The notes under the pieces were generated by a model, which ran no database searches, was not told the origin of the DNA, and worked only from the letters and a program-made list of their open reading frames with translations. Made by a program: the position numbers and the translations under genes. A DNA stretch of 64,000 nt from Vermamoeba vermiformis (lineage: Eukaryota), in contig JBEWZL010000244.1 in NCBI GenBank assembly GCA_045837725.1, positions 310,001 to 374,000 of the forward strand, written 5' to 3'. Positions 1-11,805 of the stretch are shown piece by piece (position 1 is the stretch's first letter; the number at the start of each line of letters is the position of its first letter).

Positions 1-2378
1 GGTTTGATCAAGCAAATGCCCTACAGTGGCATCAACGCCATAGTTCCAAATTGCACCCTCTGAAACACGATGATTAGCACGCACAATTTCATCGCTGCAT
101 TAATGCACGTACCTCGTCCTAACACGATGTTGGTGCCCACCAGCTGTCGTATGTACGTCGGCTCGTAGTGTTTGGATTGCGGGGACATAGCAAACGAGGC
201 ATCTAAGTGTGCGGCCCCATAGGCTGTGACTTGGCCATTAGTGGTGAATCTCAACAGCGTAAACTTGGCCGTGGCGCCATTGAGCATGGCCACCAGAGGC
301 AAGTTGACCGGTCCTGAGTCGAGCAACAACGGCTCGGTGAAGTAGTGGCCGCGATAATTTGCTTCAATCACCTGGTCCGTGTGCATGTTATACAGCCACA
401 CGTCTCGATCACCACCTGTGTACATCCAGTGCTCGTTCATTGCCGCGTTGCACAAGCGGTACGGCACGTCTTTGATGATGCGCACACGATACTTGTGTCT
501 CTTCCACTTCACATCGAGTCTGTGCATGGAGGTCGTCAGAAGACATGTTACTAGGATGATAGTGCTTACTTGACGCGGCGACTGAACTCTGTTGTTGGCG
601 AGTCAATGTGCGTGCCAAGTGAGCGCGGGAAATAATTTGTCAGATATTTTGTGCGATTGAAAGCTGTGTCTAGCCCTTTCGAGCTCATTTTCAAGCACAT
701 GACATCGACTGGCTCGAGGTCTGCAAGAATAATTTCGAATATCTCTATCGGCAGCTGTTCGAACGTGAAAGTTGTGCTGGATCCATCAACGAATTTTTCC
801 GCGCCGATTTTTTTTCTCTTTGTTCGCGCATAAGCTGCAGTATATTAGATAAGTCTTGTAATTAAATAAGTATTGTTATTACTTTGTTTATACTGATCTA
901 ATGCTTTGTTGTGAGGGAAGTCATATTGAGCAAATAAATATGAAAATCGATCGCGATACGCGTCGGGTATTGGCGGCAATCTTTGCAACACTTCGAACTC
1001 GTTGTTTTGGACGAGTGTTTGGAACACGAGGTATGACAGCTTGTCATCTGAGCGTGACACGTGTCAGTTAATTCTCACACGAAATCAATGACGTACAGTT
1101 ATAATGCCCGCGCCAGAAAAAGAACTCTGGATATTTGTTGTCCACAATGAAGTATTCAATCATCGCCTTGCCTTCCTTATTTCTGAGAATTCATTAGTGG
1201 GCCGAAGATCCATCAATCAAATGTACGTACTTTTCACAAAGCATCTTTACCACGGTGCTCTTTTTTTGTCCAAGTATAATGTACTTAATATGCACCTTGT
1301 ATTTAAACACGTAGTACAGCAAATTGTTGCCCTGCTCATCATAGACTAACGCAAAAGAATTCATCAATAATCTTTGCATTTGCAGCTCTGTAAGTGGTAC
1401 GTACTTTGGCTGACTTGATTGACGCGACACAACACTGAATTCCACACTGATCGATAGCGATGCGTAATGGCTGCAATGGCTGGGGATGGAAGGCCGTTGT
1501 AGGCAGCCAGATCTAACAGCTCTCTGTCCTTCATAAACCTCAGAATATGCATCTTATTTTCTACAGTGGTCTTATTTGTCATGACCACATAGTACGTCAG
1601 ACTTTCACCTATGAGTTTGGATAAGTTTAAAGATCAACATAGGATCCGAATTCGGATGTACCTTTGTCGGTGAACTTAAGAGACGAATGTTGCCCGACCC
1701 CTAATCGAATCATCTTGATAAATGTTTCAGCGCTATTGATGCATTGCCAGGGATCAAATATGCGCTCTTGAACGAGCTTCACAAGGCCTTTGAAGAATGG
1801 TGTCGTTTCCAAGCGGTTGTAATAGCGATCGGACATTCCATACACTACAACAATATAATGTAATTATTTTTGAGTGCAATTATGACGAGTAAATGAGATT
1901 TACGGATGAATTGGCCCCAAAAAGGCAATTTTTCAACGTCATCGTATTTTTTGTGCTTGCGCTTGAAGTCCTTGATAACCTTCTTCTGATGATTGATCAC
2001 AAAAGTGGCCATTCTTTCGGCTAATTTGTAGTCAGAGTTTAATATGGCCTACGAAAATTAAAAATTATTTTGTGAATCATCGATCCAGTCGAGATAGTTT
2101 TACCTCTCCTAAAGCTGTTTCGAAAGGGATAAAATCTTTGCCTGCAGACCAAGGCATTAATTCAAACTGTCGACGATTTGCTCGGCATCATCTGGAAGTA
2201 CAACTTAGTAACCGTTCAAAATTAATTATTTTAAATCACGTACCGTCTTTCATAGCTTTAATCAGCTTAGATACATCAAATGTCTATATAAGAATATTAT
2301 TAAAATTCTTCGTCGTATTAAATTTAAAATTATCGATTAAAGACTTACGTCCTGGCTGTCTTGTTGAACCGACTGCAT
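1..2378 (-). CDS. Multi-exon protein with N-terminal helical region, central F-box and beta-rich C-terminus (3' end runs off the window)
   Basis: ATG at 2378 (MQSVQQDSQD|gtaagt). The exon at about 570-835, absent from the ORF track, reads FTFEQLPIEIFEIILADLEPVDVMCLKMSSKGL (F-box-like). It splices in frame to ORFs 845..1060 and 21..527. Upstream exons were not all frame-checked. Confidence 0.7.
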
Positions 2379-2550
2379 GATTATTTTAGAGCATTGAATG
2401 GGTCTTTTTTTCAGTATATCTGATTTGTGGCAGTTACCTGCTTAAAAATGCGAATTTGGGTTTACCCGTTAAAGTTAATTCTAAAGTTAGGTTTTTATTA
2501 AATTTATATACCAAAGCGATTATTATAAAGTCGTCGTAATGTATTTGTAC

Positions 2551-4834
2551 TTATTTCTTGTATTTGCTGGGAACGAAGGGCAATTTGACGACCTTGGAGG
2601 GGACCATCTTGCCGCGGACTTGGACGTGCACTGGAGTCTCAGCCTTGCTGTAGGCATTCTCGACGTAACCCATGGCAATGGCCTTCTTAAGAATAGGGCT
2701 GAAAGTACCGCTAGTAACGTGACCTACAATCAAAAAAGTTCGTTAGATCTGGTCTCCAAAAAAAAGTTCCGGCTCCAGTTTGTAACGAAGCGCCAAATCA
2801 AAGAATAAAAAAAGAAGTATATGTATCTCGAAGCAATTGTCTTGATATATTGCATAGGGTATTATTCGCGAAGAATAAAGAGCAACACATCTGTGGGCAC
2901 CGAGTCAATATTTTTGTCCCGCTCCTTCTTGGTCAAATGAAAAATAGAATACTTCTTCATCACCAATGGGTGGAGCGGATAGTAGTAATTATATTCTAAC
3001 CATTTTGCAAAAAACTTACCGATCTGTTTGCCGGTGGCGGGATCGTGAACGGTAGCGTTTTCTAAGAACAAATAATTATGGGTTAGATTCACAAACACTA
3101 TTTAGCAGCCGACAAGTATATTAAAGTAACAGTATTAAGAGCACGTACCACGAGCAGGAGAGCCTTCAATCAAGATGCCAACACGGAGGCTGGTCACAGG
3201 CTTCTCGTTCTTGAGTTCCTTCAAAATAGTTTCAGCGCCCAAAAATCCACCTTCTTCACGTCTTCTCTTAGCTAGTAGTAATACAGATACGTTAATATTA
3301 GTCATTGTCTCGCAAACGTTAAGGTAGATCTCGTCACGTACCAACGACCCAAGAGAGAGCAGCTTGTTTGGGGGTGATAGTCTCGTTCAATTCGTGGCCG
3401 TACAAGCACATGCCTGCCTCCAAGCGGAGTGAGTCACGAGCACCGAGACCGATGAATTGGACGTCAGAGAATGACAACATTTGACGCGCAACCTTTTCGA
3501 TGGCAGCGTTGGGGATGGCAATCTACACGTGCGTCAATCATACTATTATCTTAAATAACGTATGTTGATTATGGGGCTGTATTGTACCTCAAAGCCGTCT
3601 TCACCAGTGTAGCCAGAGCGTTGAGCATAGCAATCAGCACCAGCAATCTTGACGGGCTTGCCAGTCATGAACTTCAACGAGGCAACGTCGTCAGTGGTCA
3701 ACTTGGAGAGAACAGCCTCGGCAGAGGGACCTATACTCGTCATTAGTATTGATATTTGAATGGTTTTTACGCAGACTGTGATCCGGATGTGTCTTTTTCA
3801 TTGAGTTGTATGTTTGAAATAATTATGGTAGAGAGCGTACCTTGCAAGGCCAACAAAGAGTAGTCGTTGGAGAGGACTTGAATGTCGACTTGGTGACCTT
3901 GTTTCTTGAACTGATCCAATTGCGACATAATGTGGGCGTAGTCCTTGTCGAAGCAGCCAGCATTGACTACGACATAGACATGATCGCCCTTGTTGGTGAT
4001 AATAGTGTCGTCGATAATACCACCGTTCTCGTTGGTGAAGACGGACAACGTGGCAGCTCCAACGGGCAAGTTGGCAACATCAGCGACAGTCAAGCGTTCA
4101 ATGAACTTGTAACGATCCTTGCCGGTGATCCTATAAAAGCGTTATTAATATGCTAATATTGAACTTAGAAAACATCGGAAAAATTAGAATTATTATTTAG
4201 ATGCAGCAGATCCACCTTTCTACAAAGTTGTTTAATCGTTTTAAATTCAAAATCAACATGTAAAAATACCCGAAAGTATAATAATATGATTAATAACTTA
4301 CTTGAGTTGACCCATGTGAGACACATCAAACAATCCAGCCTTTTCACGAGTGTGGGTATGTTCCTTCAATACACCGAGGGGATATTGCACGGGCATGTCC
4401 CAGCCTGCGAAAGGAACCATCTTAGCACCCAACTCGCGGTGCAAGCCGTTCAACAAGGTCTTCTTGGTGGGCTTAAGTCAAATCCAGTTAATATTTGGTG
4501 GTTATGCGAGGAATTAATAAATTATTATTAGCATAATATGCATTAACGGGATTTATAATTATTATTATACGTAGCTCTATTATCGAAATAACCGGCTGAT
4601 TAATTAATAATATCCTTTGATATTTTTAGCTTGTGCTTACCTCTGAGGCATAGTTTCGCTTGGCGATTTTGACAGTAACGGCCTTATAATAATATTAATT
4701 AATTAATGAGATATTTATTGCCAAGATCGGCAAAAACGCGAGTAATTCAGTAATGGGTCACGCGATCTCTGCTGAAATCGTACCTTTGCGGGAGTTTTAA
4801 CAGCCTTGGTGAGGATTTGAGTGACAGCTCGCAT
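2551..4834 (-). CDS. gcvT: Glycine cleavage system T protein (aminomethyltransferase), mitochondrial
   Basis: Motifs [64 protein letters not shown] and a C-terminal [11 protein letters not shown]. Basic presequence [17 protein letters not shown]. Canonical introns. Confidence 0.97.
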
Positions 4835-4968
4835 TGTTGTTGCCTATTCACAAATTAACGACGAGTTTTTGGAGAGTTCGCTCGACAAGTTTACAATGTC
4901 GAAAGATCTCGTTCTGTGAATGAACTGAACAAACAACAACACGCAACAATAGCACGATAATAATCAAA
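4835..4968. promoter_or_regulatory. Probable bidirectional promoter between gcvT and the glutaredoxin-like gene
   Basis: Only 134 bp separate the two divergent ATGs. Promoter function is inferred from geometry. Confidence 0.45.
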
Positions 4969-5358
4969 ATGTCTCAGGCTAAGACTATGATCTTGAAATT
5001 CTTCACCAAACAAAACTGCAGTCTATGCGAGACGGCAAAACAAAGTGTGTTAAATGTTTCAAAGAAGGTAGGACGTCCAAATTCGATTTAAAATTATGAA
5101 TAGCACCATATCGATGGAACACATCGTATAGTAATTAAATAACTATTTTTAGTAATTTCTGAAAATTTTGTTGTGTAGGTTCCTTTCGAGATCGCCGAAA
5201 TTGACATTATGAAGCCTGAAAACAAAGAGTGGCACGATAGATTTGTATTCGATATCCCTGTAGGATGCGTTGGTAACAAGCAACTCTTCCAACATCGCGT
5301 GGACGAAGCGGATCTTGTCAATCAATTAAAACTGATCGCAAAGGAAGTATCTATGTAA
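4969..5358 (+). CDS. Glutaredoxin-like protein (DUF836 / C5orf63-like), 92 aa
   Basis: Exons 4969-5067 and 5179-5358 give MSQAKTMILKFFTKQNCSLCETAKQ...EIDIMKPENKEWHDRFVFDIPVG...QHRVDEADL, with CxxC and DIPV motifs. Missed by the ORF track. Confidence 0.9.
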
Positions 5359-5376
5359 ATAAACGAACTCTTTATT

Positions 5377-8360
5377 CTAGCATTTAATCCACATAGCAAA
5401 CACGTCCAGGGGCAACACTTTAGTTTGATAAGCAATCACAGGTGTCAATGCCTCAGTAAGTTTTGTCAAGTTGCCATTAGCTGACAAACGGAATACGGTG
5501 CACGAAGTAGAGGCAGGCACAAAGTTGATTGATGCGTTGATAGTGACGGCAGCAGCGTCTTCTGACGATCCGTTGGCTATGAGCACCATCAGTGAATTAG
5601 AAGTGTTTGTGTAGGGTCTCCAAGCAGCACTCTGAACCAGGGTTAAAGTTCCGACTGTGCCGAGTGAGTCAGTGACTGTAACGAGTCCATATAACGATCC
5701 ATATACTAAATAGTCTTGTAGTTGTTGTTGCGTGCGATATTCAACGAGAAGTTCAATGAAGTTGATGTACGGCTGCTGTTGTGGTTGTGTCAACAGAGGT
5801 AACATGCCGTAGAATCCATCCAACGCAAACCAACCAAGTTGTGAGCCATATACAAACATCTAGCGGAGGGATTAGGTACGTCTTAATCCGTGAGTTAATT
5901 CAATTACCATTGCAAACTTGGTGGAGAACAGATCTGGTTCGTCGATGAGATCTGATTGCGTGAATCCTTGGCCCAATGTGATTGCATAGTCGTTGTACAC
6001 TGCGTTGAACAGCGGCACTAAATTGGGGTCCCAGTAACCTGCGAGCACCAAGTAGCCGTTTGTTGACGCCATGAACACCTCAGCATTCGATTCTGAGCAA
6101 GATATTGTTATTAACAGGCACGTAAGTATATTGGGGTAATGGTATTACCTGTGATGACGAAGTTTTTGCTAGGAATCTTGGCGCGGATCTGTTCGTACAA
6201 CTCGTGATAGCCCTCGTTCCAGTAACTGCCACCACCAGCTGCGTGATCGTGATCAGGATCAAAGCACAATTTCCCATCAGCAGCTGCGATCTAATGACAA
6301 AACGATTAGCATAACGACTTGTTGACACGTGTCACATTCATCTTTACCTGATCGATGTAGACACCTCTCACGCCGTAATTCACGACCAATTTCTGTACGA
6401 CGCCGCTGCAAATGGTTTAGCAACTCGTAATATGATACGCATGGCGTTATTTACCTGATCTTTTGCTGCCAATAATTGGTTGTCGGGCACATTACAGCGA
6501 ACAATTGTTGCGAGCCATACGCCTCCAAGTACTCGGGGAAATAAGTTGGTGCTGCACGTGGCGAGCTCTGTTTGGTCACGTGATCGATGGCGTGTTCTTT
6601 GCGCCACTCGGGAATATTGACGTCGAACAAGCGACCGTTGATGTAGGGCACAACATGCACACCTGGCTCATGTTAATACAAGTCCAAACACTAAGCTCCA
6701 TACCTTTGCTTTCGACGTATTTGACTGCTTGCTCGAAGCCAGATTTGGGCGGGAAATAGTCCGGGTAGTTCGTGTCAAACGGAACTTGATGCCACACGTA
6801 CCTAGTATACAGTTAGCAGTGTGCTAATGAAAATGTATTTTTAGCATACCAATGCATGGCCACAGACTTGAGCTTTGAAAACAGTGCCAAGAAAGTGTCA
6901 ACGTTTCTCACGACAATGTCAGGATTGCCCACAGTCGAGTTCAACACACCCGAGTTCCAGCCAGTGTTGATCCACATCGCGTTGTCTTTGATGGTCGATG
7001 GCACGTCACTGCGCGTCTTCAACGGCCCTTGTTTGGTCCATTGCGCGTTGTTAATGACCCATTCGCGGTAGATTTGTGTTCCTTCCCACCACGAGCCACT
7101 AAGCGTTGCTGCACGACCAACGTTAGCTATTTAAAGTAACTATATTACAAATACTTACCGAGCACGACATGATAATCGAGGTGAAATTCGCGTTGAGTGG
7201 TGCTGCCCATTTCGGGAGGAAACAAGTCCCACGATGCAGACACACCTAGTCGAGTCAATTAGCCCCAACAAGCGCGTAGTTATGTTATATGTACCTTTGT
7301 CATTTGTGCCCAATGTGTGTTGCTTCTGTGCACCTTTGGGATCGTGGTGACCGTAGTACAACACGGTGTTGTTCGAGGGGTTCTGTAATAACAATACATT
7401 TAAAGGCTGCTCATTTAAATATAGTCATTAAGACCTATTACCTTGTCGTGCCTCTGATGCTCAAACAGCGTGAATTGCATTGTTTGACTGCCGCTAGGAT
7501 AGTGTGCCGTGCGCGAAGGACGCGAGGCCACAGAACCGAGTTCTGAGGAATGTAAGGCTATAGCGAGGGTTAATGAAGTATATGCATGCATACCCGATGC
7601 ATAATACGTGCAATCTTCTTTGTCTATCACGCGCAGGTTGTTAAGTGTCAAAAATGACACGCGCCACAAAGTAACGCCAGCGTTCTCAGGGATATTAGAC
7701 TAATTTCAAAAGTCAGGGGTGAATTAAATATGAATATATAGGGATACATACGATGCTGATGTTCCAAAACGACTTGGAATTTTTCAGCAACACTGAAACA
7801 GCGACATCCACAGAAAAATTTGAAACGGCTTATAGAAATATATTATAGATAGATAGATATACACGTAGAATAGTATTTACCTAATGAGCTCCATTTGAAA
7901 GTAATTTTAGTTTGGTCTCCCGATAGTTTATTAATTTGATAGCTTCGTAACGAAGGAAACGAGCCATCAACCACCTAAAAATGCCGTAGTAATTATTAAA
8001 TTACAAATAATAACGTTAATCTATAATTAGGGTACTTACGTAGCCGAGTCCTTGCACGTCACGAAACTCTGCCGCCCAAAATTGTAACGGTTGCTTTGAC
8101 GCCAAAAAATCGTATTTATTATCTCCGTGGTGCTGTATAGATAGTAATCCAAAGCCAGTTGAATTATCGCTGAAAGTTAATTGCAGATCCTCACTTTAAA
8201 AAAAATCAGACGTTTTCGGGTTGATAGTAGCCAGTCCTCAAATAATTTATTGGTGTATTTATTACCTTTTGGCACTAATTTGGGCTTTTGCAACAATAAC
8301 CAAGGCAACAAAGCCGATCACAAACAATAAATATCTTGTTGGCTTCATTCTGCGCACCAT
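5377..8360 (-). CDS. Secreted DUF6259-like protein (putative TIM-barrel glycoside hydrolase-like), multi-exon
   Basis: Signal peptide MKPTRYLLFVIGFVALVIVAKA (alternative start 8348). Spliced motifs WHQVPFDTNYPDYFP, VVPYINGRLFD, GVYIDQ|IAAADGKLCFDPDHDHAAGGGSYWNEGY and ITESNAE resemble bacterial DUF6259 proteins as I recall them. Confidence 0.7.
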
Positions 8361-8585
8361 CGTTAAGGTTAAGTTCAAATATAAGCGAGAATTATATTCG
8401 TAGTGTGGTATCCACAACAGAATAAATAAAGGTGTTTGGTAATCTTTTTTTGACATTTCGTTCCAGACGAACAGCGTGGTGTTGGAAATGGCGGGTGTCT
8501 CGATGTAACAACAGACTATTTGCGAAAAATAAAGATTTTATCTTCGTGGAGTTTGGCCCAGACTCTCTCTAATGAATAAACAAGA

Positions 8586-11180
8586 TTACTTGGCCAGCGA
8601 CACGTCGAGTCTTGATGTCAAGATGTTGTGATAGAACGAGCGATTGGTGTGATAAATTTGCACTGCTCGTGCATGGTCCAGCTCGTTGAGTGCTCTGTAC
8701 ATTGATAGCACGTACAGGCCTCGACCATGTTTCGACAAGAAGTCAGCTGCCACGGGGATGATTGACGCGTCTTTGGACTTGAGCGATAGCAAGATCCATC
8801 TGAACTTGATCTCTACATTGGTCGAGGCTGACAACTGATACAATTCACCGAGTTTGTGCAGGACTTGGTGCTTCATAGGCACGGCTACAAGTACGTTAGA
8901 TACAATCGCGAGCCTATTGGTAGTGACTTACCTCGTGTTAGCAATTGATCTAAAAAGTACATGGTCTGCGTGGCTCTAAAGCTCTGCAAGTCCTCGCTAC
9001 TAGTACCCTCGCCGTCATGTTCTGTCCACTTGTTGGCCAGTGCCAGACACACTTCAGCCACGGACTTGCTCAGCACTGTACGGGGCTAAAGAGAACATAT
9101 TGTCAGTAAAGTGTCGCGTTCTTGAACCATGGCACGACCAATGGCTCGACGTGTCCTATTGACTCGTCTTTTGAAGTAATTTAAACGAGTGCCTGCGTGC
9201 CAAAAGTGTCAAACATGTGCACTCACGTCAAACTTGGGCAGGCCAGGGGTGTGAAACCAATCAGTCCAATCAATCTGATTTAACAGGGTCTCATCCACCG
9301 GCTCAATCTCGCTGAAGTACTTGAGGATGTGTTCTTTGACGACCGCTGCGTTGACATTTTTGTACTTGAACGTGTTGAAGTAATAGTTTGCGAAGCGCAA
9401 GACACGGTCTTTGCCTAATAAGGAAAGTGTAAGCAAATTCACTCTACTTTAAGTTATAACAACGTACCAAATAGAGTTTCTAAGTAATATGTGAATAAGA
9501 ACCCTTTCTCTAATGGAATCTTCGAGAAAACATCGTCAGGATGAATTCCGTTCAGATCCGGAACTAACTTTGTGTAGCTATGAGTAGCACCAAAGTCATT
9601 GACTGTTTTTATGAGATCGTTGTAGCCAATCAGCGCTTCAAAATGACGGTATTCTTCGCCGTACAATTCGCCGAGGAGTAATCGTTCGCTGTACACCGTA
9701 AACCCTGTTAAAACTAGTTAGAATATTCAGTAATTAAAGAGCTATTTTAAGTATATGTATAAGTATAGCTAATTGGTAAAATAACTTACATTCGTTGATC
9801 CAGAAGTTATTCCACGATGCATTTGTAACAAGGTTGCCGCACCAACTGTGAGATATCTCGTGCGCTAAGACATTACACAATGATCTATCACCAGCGAGCA
9901 ACGATTTGCTCAAGAAAGTTAACTATGAAAGATTAGTGGATCAGATCCGGTACGCGATGGATTGAAATATAACAGGAGCCCACTTACATTAGGATTTTCC
10001 ATACCAGCATAAGGAAATGCACTAGGTAATACTAATATATCGTATTTGCCCCATTGATAAGGCACACCAAAGTTCTTTTCGGCTGCTTGAAGAAACTTTT
10101 CAGTTACTTCTGAGTACTCGTGCACGCATGCTTCAAGCAACTCTTTCTCAGTCCATACACTCGAGCGAGGTCCAATTGGGGCCTTCTTAAGCGCTGGTAA
10201 CAAACGCATTAGTTTTGAAATAAAAGCGGAAGATCTGATCTGAAGAAATTTCAGCTTGAATAAGGTATTATTGTACCTCCAGCAGCCAATGCGATGAGAT
10301 AGGCGGGTATAGGCACTGGTTGCTTATATTCGTACGTCAACCAGCCATCGTCTTCAAAGAGCGGATCTTCTCGTAATGGCAGACCAGAACAGGCTACGAC
10401 AAGTGGACTAGGCACGGTTACTTTGATAGTATAAGGTGCCTTCACTATATTTGATAATAAACAATTAATTAGCAATCAGTCAATCAACGTCAATGTGATC
10501 GGATCTTGTAACCTGAAGGAGAGTCTTGGCAAGGGACGAATGTGCGCGCTGAAATGGACTCTAGCTGTGTGTATACATATGGATGTTTTTTTCCTTCAGT
10601 TTGTTGCGGTTCAAACCATTGAATTCCAGCAGATTCAGGCGTGGTACTGTAGCGGATCTGGATCTTGGCTGTAGAGCCCTTAACTTGCTTATTAGTAGGC
10701 AACGGTACTCGTAGACAATATCCGAAGGATGGATGGTGGTTTGGCACGGTCCATAACAAAGCATTGCCTGTTTCGAGATCTACTACTCTACAAAATGAAA
10801 TGTTAGTACCGAGATATACACTAAAAATATGTTATAGTAGAAGATCTATTATAGCTAAAAACATAAATAAGATTACTAAACGTACAATTGCAATACTAAA
10901 ACGCGATACAAATACGAAAAACAAATCTTTATGAAGTTATCATTATGTACTTTAATTTTAATAGTGAAAATACGTACTTTTCAATAGCTATGGTATTGAC
11001 ATCGAGTAACAACTCGTTTGAGTCCTGAACAAGCTCCACATCCAACGTTACAAATCCAAAGAAGATTTTGCGTTGAAAATCGCATCTTAAATTGATGTCT
11101 ATATGCGTCGTGACGACTCGATCACTGTTTGCATATGAATGCGGATCAGTCGCGCTTAGTGGTGCTGAATTAGTCGCCAT
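8586..11180 (-). CDS. LTA4H: M1 zinc aminopeptidase, leukotriene A4 hydrolase-like
   Basis: DPHSYAN N-terminus, [40 protein letters not shown] (HEXXH-X18-E) and a C-terminal helical domain (NVEIKFRW...GRGLYV). Confidence 0.92.
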
Positions 11181-11805
11181 CGTTGTAGTGATTCACCATG
11201 TTGATAGAAACTCACCTTGACGCGTGTCAAATTAACCAAATGCCAAACCATTGCGCTAATTATTAGTCATTAGGTATTCTAATAACAACGATGCGTACGA
11301 TGCCATTATTATATCGTTTTTTGAACCCAAATTAATTATTAACGCTTTAGAAGGAGTAGCGCACTGCCAAAATAAATCAAAAAATTATAAATATCATTAG
11401 AAAGATAAATTTGTTGTCGGGTCTCTAAATGGTCTGAATCTGAAGAAAGATATTTACCACAAGCTCGATCAGATGTGTCGGTTTTCTAATGTTTTACGTT
11501 CTTGTCTTTACATATGCTAGCCAATTAAATAATTACAAGTTGTAGTGGTCCTCGTTGAATATTATATTTTGGCAATGGTCTATCAAGTCCGATCACAATA
11601 ATTATGTGACCCTGGAAAAGTCCGATTTCAAAATCCCAATAATTTTGCATTTATTTATAGATACACGACGTGCACATAAGAGGAAATTATAATCAGTCTG
11701 TATTCAACTCATATGCAACTGTAATTTAGTTCAAGCAAGATCAGTTTGCACCGTTAGTGTTACACCCTCAAATTGACTATTAAATACAGCGTATAATTAA
11801 TTGAT

